NCBI GenBank assembly: GCA_041662245.1
Contig: JBAZSW010000006.1
Location: 10,442 to 74,441 of the forward strand
Source: Parcubacteria group bacterium
GTDB lineage: Bacteria; Patescibacteriota; Minisyncoccia; Moranbacterales; UBA9337
Length of the DNA: 64,000 nt
Direction of reading: 5' to 3'
The notes under the pieces are model-generated. The model had not been told where the DNA came from, ran no database searches, and saw only the letters and a program-made list of their open reading frames with translations. The first letter of the stretch is position 1. Each line of letters starts with the position of its first letter. Made by a program: the position numbers and the translations under genes. Positions 10,637 through 19,136 of this stretch are shown in pieces.

Positions 10637-10802
10637 TATATCATTTATTAAAATATGTCAAATTGATTTTAGTTTAATAAAAAACACCCTACAAATAAGG
10701 GTGCTCTGTCTATTTTTTATTTAAAGATATTTTTACATATCTCATATAATAACTAACGCTCATAACCACAAACTGCCTACAAGATTTTACTATCTCTTTG
10801 GA

Positions 10803-11321
10803 TTATATATTTTTTAAATAATCAACAGCCTCCCCAATTGATTTAAAAATTGGTATCTTATTTTTTCGAGCAATTTTTTGCATATATTTTCGATGATTTT
10901 TAACTTGATCTAAGGCATCACTCTTTGCCCCACCGTCATAATTATTTGCTTCTCGATATTTGATATATTTCTTATTTATACTCCAATCAGGCAAAACTAT
11001 AGCATCTGGCATCAACCAATAACAAGAGGCGCCCATAATCCATAATCCCGCCTCTTTGGCTTGCTTGGTGATGATATCACTTTTTTGTTCAACTTCATTT
11101 ATCACATCGATACCTTCTGTCCACCAATTGGTCTGCGGATGTGCATTTGTCGCCATCCAAATCTCATCACCATCTATCCAGTCTTGTTTTGCTTGATTTT
11201 TTACAAAATAAGTTTTACCGCTTCCTGAGGGTGCCAAAATAAAAAATCCCTTAGTATGAGTAACATATTTTTCCCGAAACTTTTTTAGGACATCCTCTCC
11301 ATCACAAAAAATTTGAAACAT
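10803..11321 (-). CDS. Small P-loop NTPase / kinase-like protein
   Basis: LAPSGSGKT followed by WIDGDE. Confidence 0.65.
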   Translation of the reverse strand: MFQIFCDGEDVLKKFREKYVTHTKGFFILAPSGSGKTYFVKNQAKQDWIDGDEIWMATNAHPQTNWWTEGIDVINEVEQKSDIITKQAKEAGLWIMGASCYWLMPDAIVLPDWSINKKYIKYREANNYDGGAKSDALDQVKNHRKYMQKIARKNKIPIFKSIGEAVDYLKNI

Positions 11322-11333
11322 ATATTTTTAAGA

Positions 11334-12194
11334 TTAAGTTATTTCATATTCCCTCCCTTGAATTTTGCTACTAACCTTCCCTTTGCAATTAATATTGAGG
11401 CTAATCCCAGCACCGTAATCAACTGCCAGATAATTATTAGAATTCATTTCTGCTACTTTATTTTTAGTATAAGGACTGATTGTGTCATAATGAGAAACCG
11501 GCCAAATGATAAGTCTTTTTCCGGAATGTTTTTTATGATAATAATCTGAAAAGTTTTTTAAAGTTTCTATAAATTTGTTATATCGCATCAAAATATCCTC
11601 TGGCCCTTCAGCTCCCAATTTTTTTCTTTCATCTTTTTCCCAATCTTCTTCAAAAGCTTGCCAAAATTGTTGCGTCAAACTACCATACTTGGATTTTAAA
11701 TATTCGAAAAACTCTGGTGATTGATTTATGAATCTTGGTTCTTGAATAGCTTTATTTTTTGTCGGAACTGGACTATCATTTTTTTCACTTACCCCCGTTC
11801 TCGAATTCAAAAGCTGATTCTTATTCAAATCGTATTTTTTAAATACATCTAGTACTCCTTTTACAACTTCGCTAGCTGTTTCAAAGCTTCGCATACCCTT
11901 GGCTTTTCCATAGTCAGTATTGCTAGCAATTACCAAAATATCAACATTTTTACGCTCATCACCTGATAGATCTTCAAATTTGTTTGTTAAAATTTCCACT
12001 GTTTGCTCGTAAGCTTTTTTTGCATCTTCTCGTTCGAGACTGCCTGATCTTTCATGCTCGACATCTCTGATATACTTTTCGTGTCTCTGCATCACAATTT
12101 CTGTTTCGCCTACACTAGGCATTTCTCTTGAAATATCAGACCTTGTTATTTTTTCAAGCGGTTTTGGCATGTTAGCTTCGGGCGACTTAAACAT
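11334..12194 (-). CDS. Histidine phosphatase superfamily-like protein
   Basis: VMQRHE, RSFETA and VSHYD resemble the RHG/R/SH motifs. Confidence 0.6.
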   Translation of the reverse strand: MFKSPEANMPKPLEKITRSDISREMPSVGETEIVMQRHEKYIRDVEHERSGSLEREDAKKAYEQTVEILTNKFEDLSGDERKNVDILVIASNTDYGKAKGMRSFETASEVVKGVLDVFKKYDLNKNQLLNSRTGVSEKNDSPVPTKNKAIQEPRFINQSPEFFEYLKSKYGSLTQQFWQAFEEDWEKDERKKLGAEGPEDILMRYNKFIETLKNFSDYYHKKHSGKRLIIWPVSHYDTISPYTKNKVAEMNSNNYLAVDYGAGISLNINCKGKVSSKIQGREYEIT

Positions 12195-12250
12195 AACGAT
12201 AAAGTAAAAAATTATATTTTAATTATATCATAAAAAGTGATTATTAAAGA

Positions 12251-12793
12251 CTGCCTTTAATAACTTCTCTTTTTGGTAATTTATTTACATGTATTTTACG
12301 TTTAAATTATCCCTTAGTAAAGCAGATCTCTGCAAATTTAAAACGGCTCATTATTTTTCATAACAAACCGTTTATTTTCACAAAGTTTTGCAATTGATTA
12401 TTTTTTTTCTGGAGGAGCTAATACCTTCTTTTCCAAGTGTTTAGACAAACCCCACCTGTCATCCGTCTTAAACAACACAAAAAGAAGGAGGCATTCTACC
12501 AACAGTAAAATGAAAAACCACATCCAAGACCGAGTATAAATTCCAACAATAGCCGGAATTACCAACATTGCCACAAAAAATAGGCGACCCAATATTGGAA
12601 TAACACGACCCGATTCATAAGCAATACCCATAAAAACCTCCCTTTTTTCTTATTTATGAATGATGAATTAATCCTATATGCCATAATAAAATGAACAACA
12701 CACAAACAGATAACTCCTGATTGACACTAAAGCATATTATGAAACATACAAAAAGTCAAGCCAACGCTGCCTTTAATAACTTCTCTTTTTGGT
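12251..12793. repeat. 27-bp perfect direct repeat (12251-12277, 12767-12793) with degenerate extension to ~65 bp
   Basis: CTGCCTTTAATAACTTCTCTTTTTGGT occurs twice, flanking the 77-aa ORF. Confidence 0.85.
12398..12631 (-). CDS. Small two-TM hypothetical protein
   Basis: 77 aa, SD GGGAGG, promoter TTGACT-17-TATGCT upstream. Confidence 0.7.
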   Translation of the reverse strand: MGIAYESGRVIPILGRLFFVAMLVIPAIVGIYTRSWMWFFILLLVECLLLFVLFKTDDRWGLSKHLEKKVLAPPEKK

Positions 12794-12903
12794 GACTTAT
12801 TTACTTGCATGTATCTTATAACTAAATTATTCCAGAATAAAGTAAATTTCAATAAAATAAAAACCAGTGATTCGCCGTTAGGCAAACCACTGGAAATTAG
12901 AAA

Positions 12904-14100
12904 TTATTTTTCTCCGCTAAAAAACTTTAACAATGAATCTGGAGGATTTTTGATCATTTCTTGACCCAAAATCGATTCCAATGAAACCTTGCGATTCCGA
13001 ATACTATGCTCCCAAATTTTAATGAACTCCGGATACAAAACAACCATCGCTTTCATTATTTCTTCGGGTGCAGGGGCCAATTGACCTTCTTGAAAAAGCA
13101 AACTTTGTTGAGCATTGGCTGCCTCAAGTCTGATAAAACTACAGGAATCATAAGAAGTATGCTCTGGATAAATAAAAAGTTTAAATTCTTTATCAAAACC
13201 ATACTCTATCTGCAGATTCATATACAAATGACGATGTAAGGCGATTCGTTTTGAATACACAACTCTTCCTTCGTCATTGGACCTGACACAATCAATAGGT
13301 TGAGAGATCTTAATCACCTGAGTCATATCGCCATAACGTTTATCACGAATACAAACCGTTTTGTAAAATCTGGAATATTGCCCTTCTTTTTTAGGTTTAA
13401 TCCTGACGATTCGAGTGCAAATTCCAAAATTCCGAAACAAAATATTTGCACAAGCAATGGGGCGACCATCACCGGTTTTTTCTTCGACAAAAGATAGTTT
13501 ATAACCCAGTTCACTAAGCTCTTGGATATTTCCCTCGTAAGCCTCCGCTTCGTTTCCTTGCCAAAACTTCTCCCCAAGTTCTTTTGGGGCAAAAAAATTA
13601 TCAATGCTACTTATGCCACTCCAACAGTCAACGCTACTTGTCGCCGTATCAGAATCTTTTTCAGAGCAAAACTCCCTCAGAAAAAGAGGCCAGGTAGAGC
13701 AATCAACCGCCCTTAAAAAATCAGGCAAAAACATTATACGTGTAGCGAAATCTAGACGACTCTTTTCAAATCGACCAGGAAAATCGGTAGGTAAACCAAA
13801 GATAAACATATCTGATAGACGCCACCCCTCAGGAGTCTGCAAATAATCCGATCTATTTTCTTTCGCGATCATTTTCCAAGCCTTCACTGCCTTTCTCATC
13901 AACCTTATCAATTCTATTTTATGCCCGAAATCTCTGAATTGCGAGCTAACGAAGTTATCAATAGAATTGACTGAAGGAGCTTCCTTGACCCATTCGCGTA
14001 AAATTGGATGGCGGAAAGCCCAAGTTGCGTCTATGATCAGTTCCGGCAAACACATTTTTTTCTCTCGTTCTTCCATTTCCTTTCTGTCGTCCTCGTTCAT
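12904..14100 (-). CDS. Hypothetical protein
   Basis: 398-aa ORF, SD AAGGAG, upstream TTGACA-17-TAAGCT; no recognisable motif. Confidence 0.75.
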   Translation of the reverse strand: MNEDDRKEMEEREKKMCLPELIIDATWAFRHPILREWVKEAPSVNSIDNFVSSQFRDFGHKIELIRLMRKAVKAWKMIAKENRSDYLQTPEGWRLSDMFIFGLPTDFPGRFEKSRLDFATRIMFLPDFLRAVDCSTWPLFLREFCSEKDSDTATSSVDCWSGISSIDNFFAPKELGEKFWQGNEAEAYEGNIQELSELGYKLSFVEEKTGDGRPIACANILFRNFGICTRIVRIKPKKEGQYSRFYKTVCIRDKRYGDMTQVIKISQPIDCVRSNDEGRVVYSKRIALHRHLYMNLQIEYGFDKEFKLFIYPEHTSYDSCSFIRLEAANAQQSLLFQEGQLAPAPEEIMKAMVVLYPEFIKIWEHSIRNRKVSLESILGQEMIKNPPDSLLKFFSGEK

Positions 14101-14283
14101 AATGCTCTCCTTTTTTGTTTCACCTTGACCAGCAAGGCAAAAAATTATGGGGTAATCTCCCCGCTATAAGGAACTTCAATTCTGACCTGCAGAATTGATA
14201 AAAATAGCTTAACTTATAAATATTTTACTGTCAATTTAATTGGAAATTAAAAAAACAGCCCCCAGAAAGAAACCATTTTCAGT

Positions 14284-14385
14284 ATACACGCCGTAGTAAA
14301 TACAACTAGAAACAACATTTTGGAAAATTGGAACAGAATTGATGTCAGATTACAACGTGCTCAAGCCTTAATGCAACAAATATAA
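14284..14385 (+). pseudogene. Displaced C-terminal fragment (att scar A)
   Basis: IHAVVNTTRNNILENWNRIDVRLQRAQALMQQI* aligns without gaps to the fragment at 14801. Confidence 0.5.
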
Positions 14386-14391
14386 TATAAA

Positions 14392-14702
14392 AAAATAAAG
14401 AGCCCTCAATGCGCATTAGCATGAGGGCTTCGTTTTTGTACTTCGAGTACTTCTTTGCCAGTCCTAGATGCCTTACCTAGGAAAACAACTGAACTGACTT
14501 TTTTCATATCGATATGCAATTTCAATTTTTTGAAACAAACAAACTACGATAATTCAATTAACAACTAAGCAACGTTTTTGGAAAATTTTCTGCGATGTTA
14601 CAATGTTATTGCTTTGCTACAAATTGATTAGATTATCTGCTTACCTAGGAAGCTTGATATCCAATCACGCTGTGCTCTATAATCACTTACTTCTTGATCA
14701 TG
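14392..14702 (-). ncRNA. Candidate small RNA
   Basis: Promoter TTGACA-17-TAAAAT (14707-14735) and a terminator (~14392-14432) bracket ~300 nt with no convincing ORF; TTCCTAGGTAAG occurs twice. Confidence 0.35.
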
Positions 14703-14791
14703 TGACATTTTAGCATATATAAAAATATTTGTCAAGGGGCTGACAAATATAGACTAGTTTAATACGAAAAATAAGGCTTTACGGAGCCTTA

Positions 14792-14896
14792 TTTTGTCAT
14801 TTGCACGGAAGAAGGTATACGCTTCGAACTTTGATGGTGGAAAATTGGGAATTTGTTAGTAAAAAAATGGAACGAGCGATGATTTTAATAAAATAA
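14792..14896 (+). mobile_element. att-like scar B: tRNA-Trp 3'-end fragment plus displaced recombinase-type C-terminus
   Basis: TTTTGTCATTTGCACGG is identical to 15776-15792, TGCACGG matches the tRNA-Trp 3' end, and the scar reads LHGRRYTLRTLMVENW...*. Confidence 0.55.
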
Positions 14897-15043
14897 AAAA
14901 GGTGGACAGCAATATAATCTCCAAAGTCGTTTTCTTTTAATTTTTATTAAAAGAATCGTTTCTTTTTTGAATTACATATTTGTCCACCCATTAGCCTATT
15001 TCGAAAAAACAGTCGATTTTACTACTACGAGACTACGTTAACC

Positions 15044-15571
15044 CTAGGAATCAAGCGTCTGGGACAATCCGCAATGCGAAGGAATTCCATTGTCGCCCTT
15101 CCATTTTTCAGAAGACTGACCTTCGCGTATTTTCTTATAGCAATCAACGGCACTTTGGATATTTACGCTTCCGACGCGAATTGTGATGACAGATCGATAT
15201 GCATAAGCGCTGGAATGTATACATGCCGTTGGCACTTCAAACTTCTTATCTGCATATGTCACAGAATATACGGCCTTGCCCATACTGTCAGTGCCCTGCT
15301 TGATGTGATGATTTTCTTCTTTGAGAATGGTATCGTAGATAGTCACCTTTAAAATCTTAAGGCCCTTGAAAATCCGATGAACCTCAAGATTAACCATATC
15401 ATTAAACTTGACATAGACCTCGGGGTTTCCATTTTCACGTATTACCGTGGCGACTCCAAGACTGGTATAATTATAACCCGATTCTTTTTCGCCTTCGCCT
15501 TCATTAAGAATCCCCGCCTTTACCATCCTCCGCAAAGCTGATTTCTTATTGAAATAAATTCTCGCTTCCAC
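15044..15571 (-). CDS. Hypothetical protein
   Basis: 175 aa, GTG start with SD AAGGAG, own TTGACA promoter near 15720. Confidence 0.7.
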   Translation of the reverse strand: MEARIYFNKKSALRRMVKAGILNEGEGEKESGYNYTSLGVATVIRENGNPEVYVKFNDMVNLEVHRIFKGLKILKVTIYDTILKEENHHIKQGTDSMGKAVYSVTYADKKFEVPTACIHSSAYAYRSVITIRVGSVNIQSAVDCYKKIREGQSSEKWKGDNGIPSHCGLSQTLDS

Positions 15572-15775
15572 TGTCTGTCTCCTTGTGTGTAATTAAATGG
15601 TTTAATTTCGTTTAGTTTTGTTCTTTTCGACTGTAAATTCTCAAAGGGCTAATGTGAATTGTTTGATACTTATCAATTAATTCAACTTTTTATGATGGCA
15701 CAAAACTAGTACTTTGTCAAATATTTTCCTTGTATGTGTTAATTAAAAATAGAAAAACGCCCTTTTTTAGGCGTT

Positions 15776-15904
15776 TTTTGTCATTTGCACGGGGTCGTCA
15801 GGGACGTTAAAACTATTTTTATGAATAAAAAGGGATATATTTATATCCCAGATCTTAGCATGGAGGCTCAAATAAAGGATATCCCAATTATCTCTCCTGT
15901 ATAA
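15776..15904 (+). mobile_element. att-like scar C: tRNA-Trp 3'-end fragment plus displaced recombinase-type C-terminus
   Basis: TGCACGGG matches the tRNA end; reads LHGVVRDVKTIFMNKKGYIYIPDL...*. Confidence 0.55.
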
Positions 15905-16092
15905 ATGAATATATCACACTAGCAGATTTACTTTATTAACTCAATTTCATCTGATTAATTTTTAGTTAAATTTCTTCCACATACCTTCTGAAATTATACT
16001 CATTTCGCTATCAATAATTTTAATTGCACCTTGATCATCAAGAGTATAAAAAGTTTCATAAATTATTTTTCTAATTTATTATTATATACGAA

Positions 16093-16965
16093 TTACACAC
16101 CGATTTTCCAGACACCTTTTTCCCTAAAGGCTGGGATATTTTGTCTTCTGGCAGCATTCAAAAGTGCATGCACTGACTGCGAATTCTTTTTTGCATATTC
16201 AGATAATTTAACAATTTCTTCACCTTTCAAATATGTGATTCTTTTATGCAATGATTCCATCAAGGCCAGAGATAAAACTTTTTCCATTGTCTTTGAATTT
16301 TCCTGATGGCGATAATCACCAAATGATTTATAGTACTGTGCTTTTTCCTTGTCACGAATAATTATCATTGGAAGTCCAAGCCTTAAAAATTGATAATTCA
16401 TAAGAACCCTGCCAATTCTTCCATTGCCATCACAAAAAGGATGAATTGTCTCAAAGTCCAAATGAAATTTGGCAATCTTGTCTAAAAAATATTTGTCTAA
16501 ATTGTTAGTATAATAACTTAATATATCATCAACCATTGAATCAACTTTTTCTGGAGCTGGAGCCACATGTGTTCCAACTCGCACATACTCACCAGTTTTT
16601 CGCAGTCGTCCTGCGAATTCATCATTAATTCCGCCAATCAACATCTGATGGAGCAATAAAATTAATTCCTTATCAATATCTTTTTCTTTGGATTTATCTC
16701 GGATATAGTTAATAACCCTAGACAAATTTTTTGCCTCATAAACTTCTCGCACGCTCACATCGCGAGAAACTTCCATTTCCAAAAGGATTTTTTCAGTTTC
16801 TTTTAATGTTAAAGTTGAATTTTCAATAGCATTAGAATTATAAACACTCTCTGGAATTTCAGCCTCATCAAGTAAAACCAGCAGGGACTCTTTCCCTTTG
16901 CGAAGTTTGTCATATTCACTTTTTAGTGCCCCAATGCGCTTTTTAATTGGATTTGTAATTGGCAT
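16093..16965 (-). CDS. Fic-domain protein with C-terminal HTH-like tail
   Basis: HPFCDGNGRIGR catalytic motif and YNSNAIEN inhibitory-like motif. Confidence 0.92.
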   Translation of the reverse strand: MPITNPIKKRIGALKSEYDKLRKGKESLLVLLDEAEIPESVYNSNAIENSTLTLKETEKILLEMEVSRDVSVREVYEAKNLSRVINYIRDKSKEKDIDKELILLLHQMLIGGINDEFAGRLRKTGEYVRVGTHVAPAPEKVDSMVDDILSYYTNNLDKYFLDKIAKFHLDFETIHPFCDGNGRIGRVLMNYQFLRLGLPMIIIRDKEKAQYYKSFGDYRHQENSKTMEKVLSLALMESLHKRITYLKGEEIVKLSEYAKKNSQSVHALLNAARRQNIPAFREKGVWKIGV

Positions 16966-17137
16966 ATTTTTTAGTTAATATTATACATTAAGTATACAGT
17001 ATTAACGTATTATTGTCAATATATCGTTAATATTATGATAAAATAAGATAAATTAACTACTTTTTATATGTAATACTAACTATCAGAATCAAAAAAGAGG
17101 CTTATGCAAGCCTCAATTTCAGTTCTATTCTCAAGTG

Positions 17138-17208
17138 CACGGGATGTAGGAATCGAACCTACGTCAGAGCTTTTGGAGAGCCCCATATTACCACTATACG
17201 AATCCCGC
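17138..17208 (-). tRNA. tRNA-Trp(CCA)
   Basis: Cloverleaf GCGGGAT...CTCCAAA...GGTTCGATTCC...ATCCCGTG; CCA end not encoded. Confidence 0.95.
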
Positions 17209-17212
17209 AGTA

Positions 17213-17875
17213 TTATTTTGATAACGTTTTGTACAAATCAATTAACTCCTTCCTAATTCTATAATCATAATAACGAACACTTATGCAACCTGGGTAATTC
17301 TCTCTCTTAATCTTTCCTGAATTCTTTTTAAGGAAAGGCTTAATAAATTGCTTTGAAGGAATATTTGTCACTTTTGACCAAAACTCAATTTGTTTTTTAG
17401 GATTATGATAAGAATGTAAATGAATTGATATTCTAAATTTGCTTTCAGAAATAACAAATGATTTTCGAAACATTTTTAAAAAATAGCTAACCATATTAGG
17501 ATCAGAATTAATAAAAGACATCCTGCCTCCATCTAATTTACCACCTTCACACCAATATAGTACGGCACAAACTAACTTAGAAAATGAAATATTATTTTCG
17601 ATATTCTTAAGTTCTTCTAATATTTCTTCACTTTTTCTATGTATTAATTCATTTTCTTTTTCTGTAGCTTCTCGTCTCGTAGCGTTTCCCTTTTCTCTGC
17701 CATCTATACCTAATTTTTCAATTCTGTTCTTAGCATTTGCTGATAATTCAATATCTCTCAACCACAAACTTGCAGTGCTTTTTGAAATATACAAAATTTC
17801 ACTAATTTCTCTAAATGAAAAACCTTTTTTTCTTAAGCTGATTGCTCTCTCTTTTAATTTAAGATTGTGTTTCAT
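17213..17875 (-). CDS. HTH plus LAGLIDADG-like protein (tRNA-adjacent CPR family)
   Basis: N-terminal HTH (LRKKGFSFREIS..ISKSTASLWL), then LYWCEG, FINSDP, FWSKVT. Confidence 0.7.
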   Translation of the reverse strand: MKHNLKLKERAISLRKKGFSFREISEILYISKSTASLWLRDIELSANAKNRIEKLGIDGREKGNATRREATEKENELIHRKSEEILEELKNIENNISFSKLVCAVLYWCEGGKLDGGRMSFINSDPNMVSYFLKMFRKSFVISESKFRISIHLHSYHNPKKQIEFWSKVTNIPSKQFIKPFLKKNSGKIKRENYPGCISVRYYDYRIRKELIDLYKTLSK

Positions 17876-17943
17876 GGAACACTAATTATAGGTTATACAA
17901 CTCCCTATAAGGATTCTAACACGATCTTAAAAAAATACCGATA

Positions 17944-18102
17944 TTACTTCTTCATTTCCTTATGTAGTGTATGAGTTTTACAAAATTTACAATGCTTTTT
18001 CATTTCCAATTTCTCTTTGATTTTTTTCTTGTTTCGTCCTGTATAATAATTGATATTTTTACATTCCCCACATCTCATTTTCACTAAATTTTCATTAGCC
18101 AT
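17944..18102 (-). CDS. rpmG: 50S ribosomal protein L33 (Zn-binding type)
   Basis: Hand translation [52 protein letters not shown]; below the ORF-track cutoff. Confidence 0.95.
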   Translation of the reverse strand: MANENLVKMRCGECKNINYYTGRNKKKIKEKLEMKKHCKFCKTHTLHKEMKK

Positions 18103-18207
18103 ATTTTTAACTGATAGCTTTTTAGGTAATAGCTTTTTAGATTAACTACAAGCTAACTTCTACAACCTACAAGCTGATTTAAATTATTTCTTAAATTAAA
18201 TTCCCTG

Positions 18208-18280
18208 AGCCGTTGCGCAGAATCGAACTGCGGACCTTTTCCTTACCATGGAAATGCTCTACCATCTGAGCTACAACGGC
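18208..18280 (-). tRNA. tRNA-Thr(GGT)
   Basis: GCCGTTGTAGCTCAG...ATGGTAA...GTTCGATT...CAACGGCT. Confidence 0.95.
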
Positions 18281-18429
18281 ACCGTGCGCAAATTCCCAAG
18301 TACCAAAAAACAATTTCCAAACAAACATCAAATCACAATTCACAAAAATAATTCAAATATATGATTTTTCCTTTTTTTAATTTGTCCGTATCTTATTTCT
18401 TGCAATTTATTCCTTTAATTCACTTTTTG

Positions 18430-18512
18430 TGGGCCGGGACGGATTTGAACCGCCGTAGACCGAAGTCGTCAGATTTACAGTCTGATGCAATTGACCGCTC
18501 TGCCACCGACCC
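18430..18512 (-). tRNA. tRNA-Tyr(GTA)
   Basis: GGGTCGG...CTGTAAA, long variable arm, GGTTCAAATCC...CCGGCCCA. Confidence 0.95.
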
Positions 18513-18517
18513 ACTAT

Positions 18518-18784
18518 TTACTTCTTTATATCTAACTTGCAAAATAATTCTTTAAGTTGTTGCTTTAAAAATCTTTTGCCTTCAGTTGTTTTTAAATATT
18601 TTTCTCTCCTTTCTGCATCTTCTTTTACTGCATAAACTTCATAATGAATAAGTCTAACAGGTAATCTCTTGCTTGTAAACTCTGCTTCACCTCTTTTGTG
18701 TTCAGCTATCCTTCTTTTCAGATCATTAGTAAAGCCAGTATACAATTGATTGTTTTTTAACAATAAAATATAGACATAAAACAT
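18518..18784 (-). CDS. Small GIY-YIG endonuclease
   Basis: YVYIL...LYTG.T.DLKRR..EH...AERREKYLK. Confidence 0.9.
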   Translation of the reverse strand: MFYVYILLLKNNQLYTGFTNDLKRRIAEHKRGEAEFTSKRLPVRLIHYEVYAVKEDAERREKYLKTTEGKRFLKQQLKELFCKLDIKK

Positions 18785-18820
18785 ATGCAGTCCACTTTAT
18801 TATTATAATATCATTTTGTG

Positions 18821-18893
18821 AGCCACCTGTCGGGCTCGGACCGACGACCTACTGTTTACAAAACAGTTGCTCTACCAACTGAGCTAAGGTGGC
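18821..18893 (-). tRNA. tRNA-Thr(TGT)
   Basis: GCCACCTTAGCTCAG...TTTGTAA...AGGTGGCT; atypical T-loop TCCGAGC. Confidence 0.92.
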
Positions 18894-18948
18894 ATAATTA
18901 TTTCTTATATTAAATATTTTAAATAGCATTTTTATCTTCTTCATCTAA

Positions 18949-19049
18949 GGCTCGCCCTATCATTCGATAGGGCGTCATGTCGGATGACATGGCGGACCGA
19001 CGACCTACTGTTTACAAAACAGTTGCTCTACCAACTGAGCTAAGGTGGC
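18949..19049 (-). pseudogene. Pseudo-tRNA-Thr(TGT) with a 40-nt insertion in the T-loop
   Basis: First 56-57 nt are identical to the intact copy, then a double-hairpin insert (18954-18993), then GAGCC; no acceptor 3' strand. Confidence 0.8.
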
Positions 19050-19136
19050 TTATCTTTAATTTATCTTCAATTCTTTAACCAAATAAAAAACAAACACTTA
19101 TCAATTCTATTCTAAAATTAAATAATTGTAAACAGT

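Noticed and set aside
15964-16075. Start-less reading frame downstream of fic (ETFYTLDDQGAIKII...)
   Set aside because: Possible gene remnant but unidentifiable.
12200-17100. Prophage or intact integrative element
   Set aside because: No integrase body and no structural or replication genes; only scars and cargo.
18361-18555. 64-aa plus-strand ORF
   Set aside because: Antisense reading of tRNA-Tyr.
18949-19049. Second Thr copy as an intron-containing functional tRNA
   Set aside because: Removing the insert does not restore the T-stem or the acceptor 3' strand.
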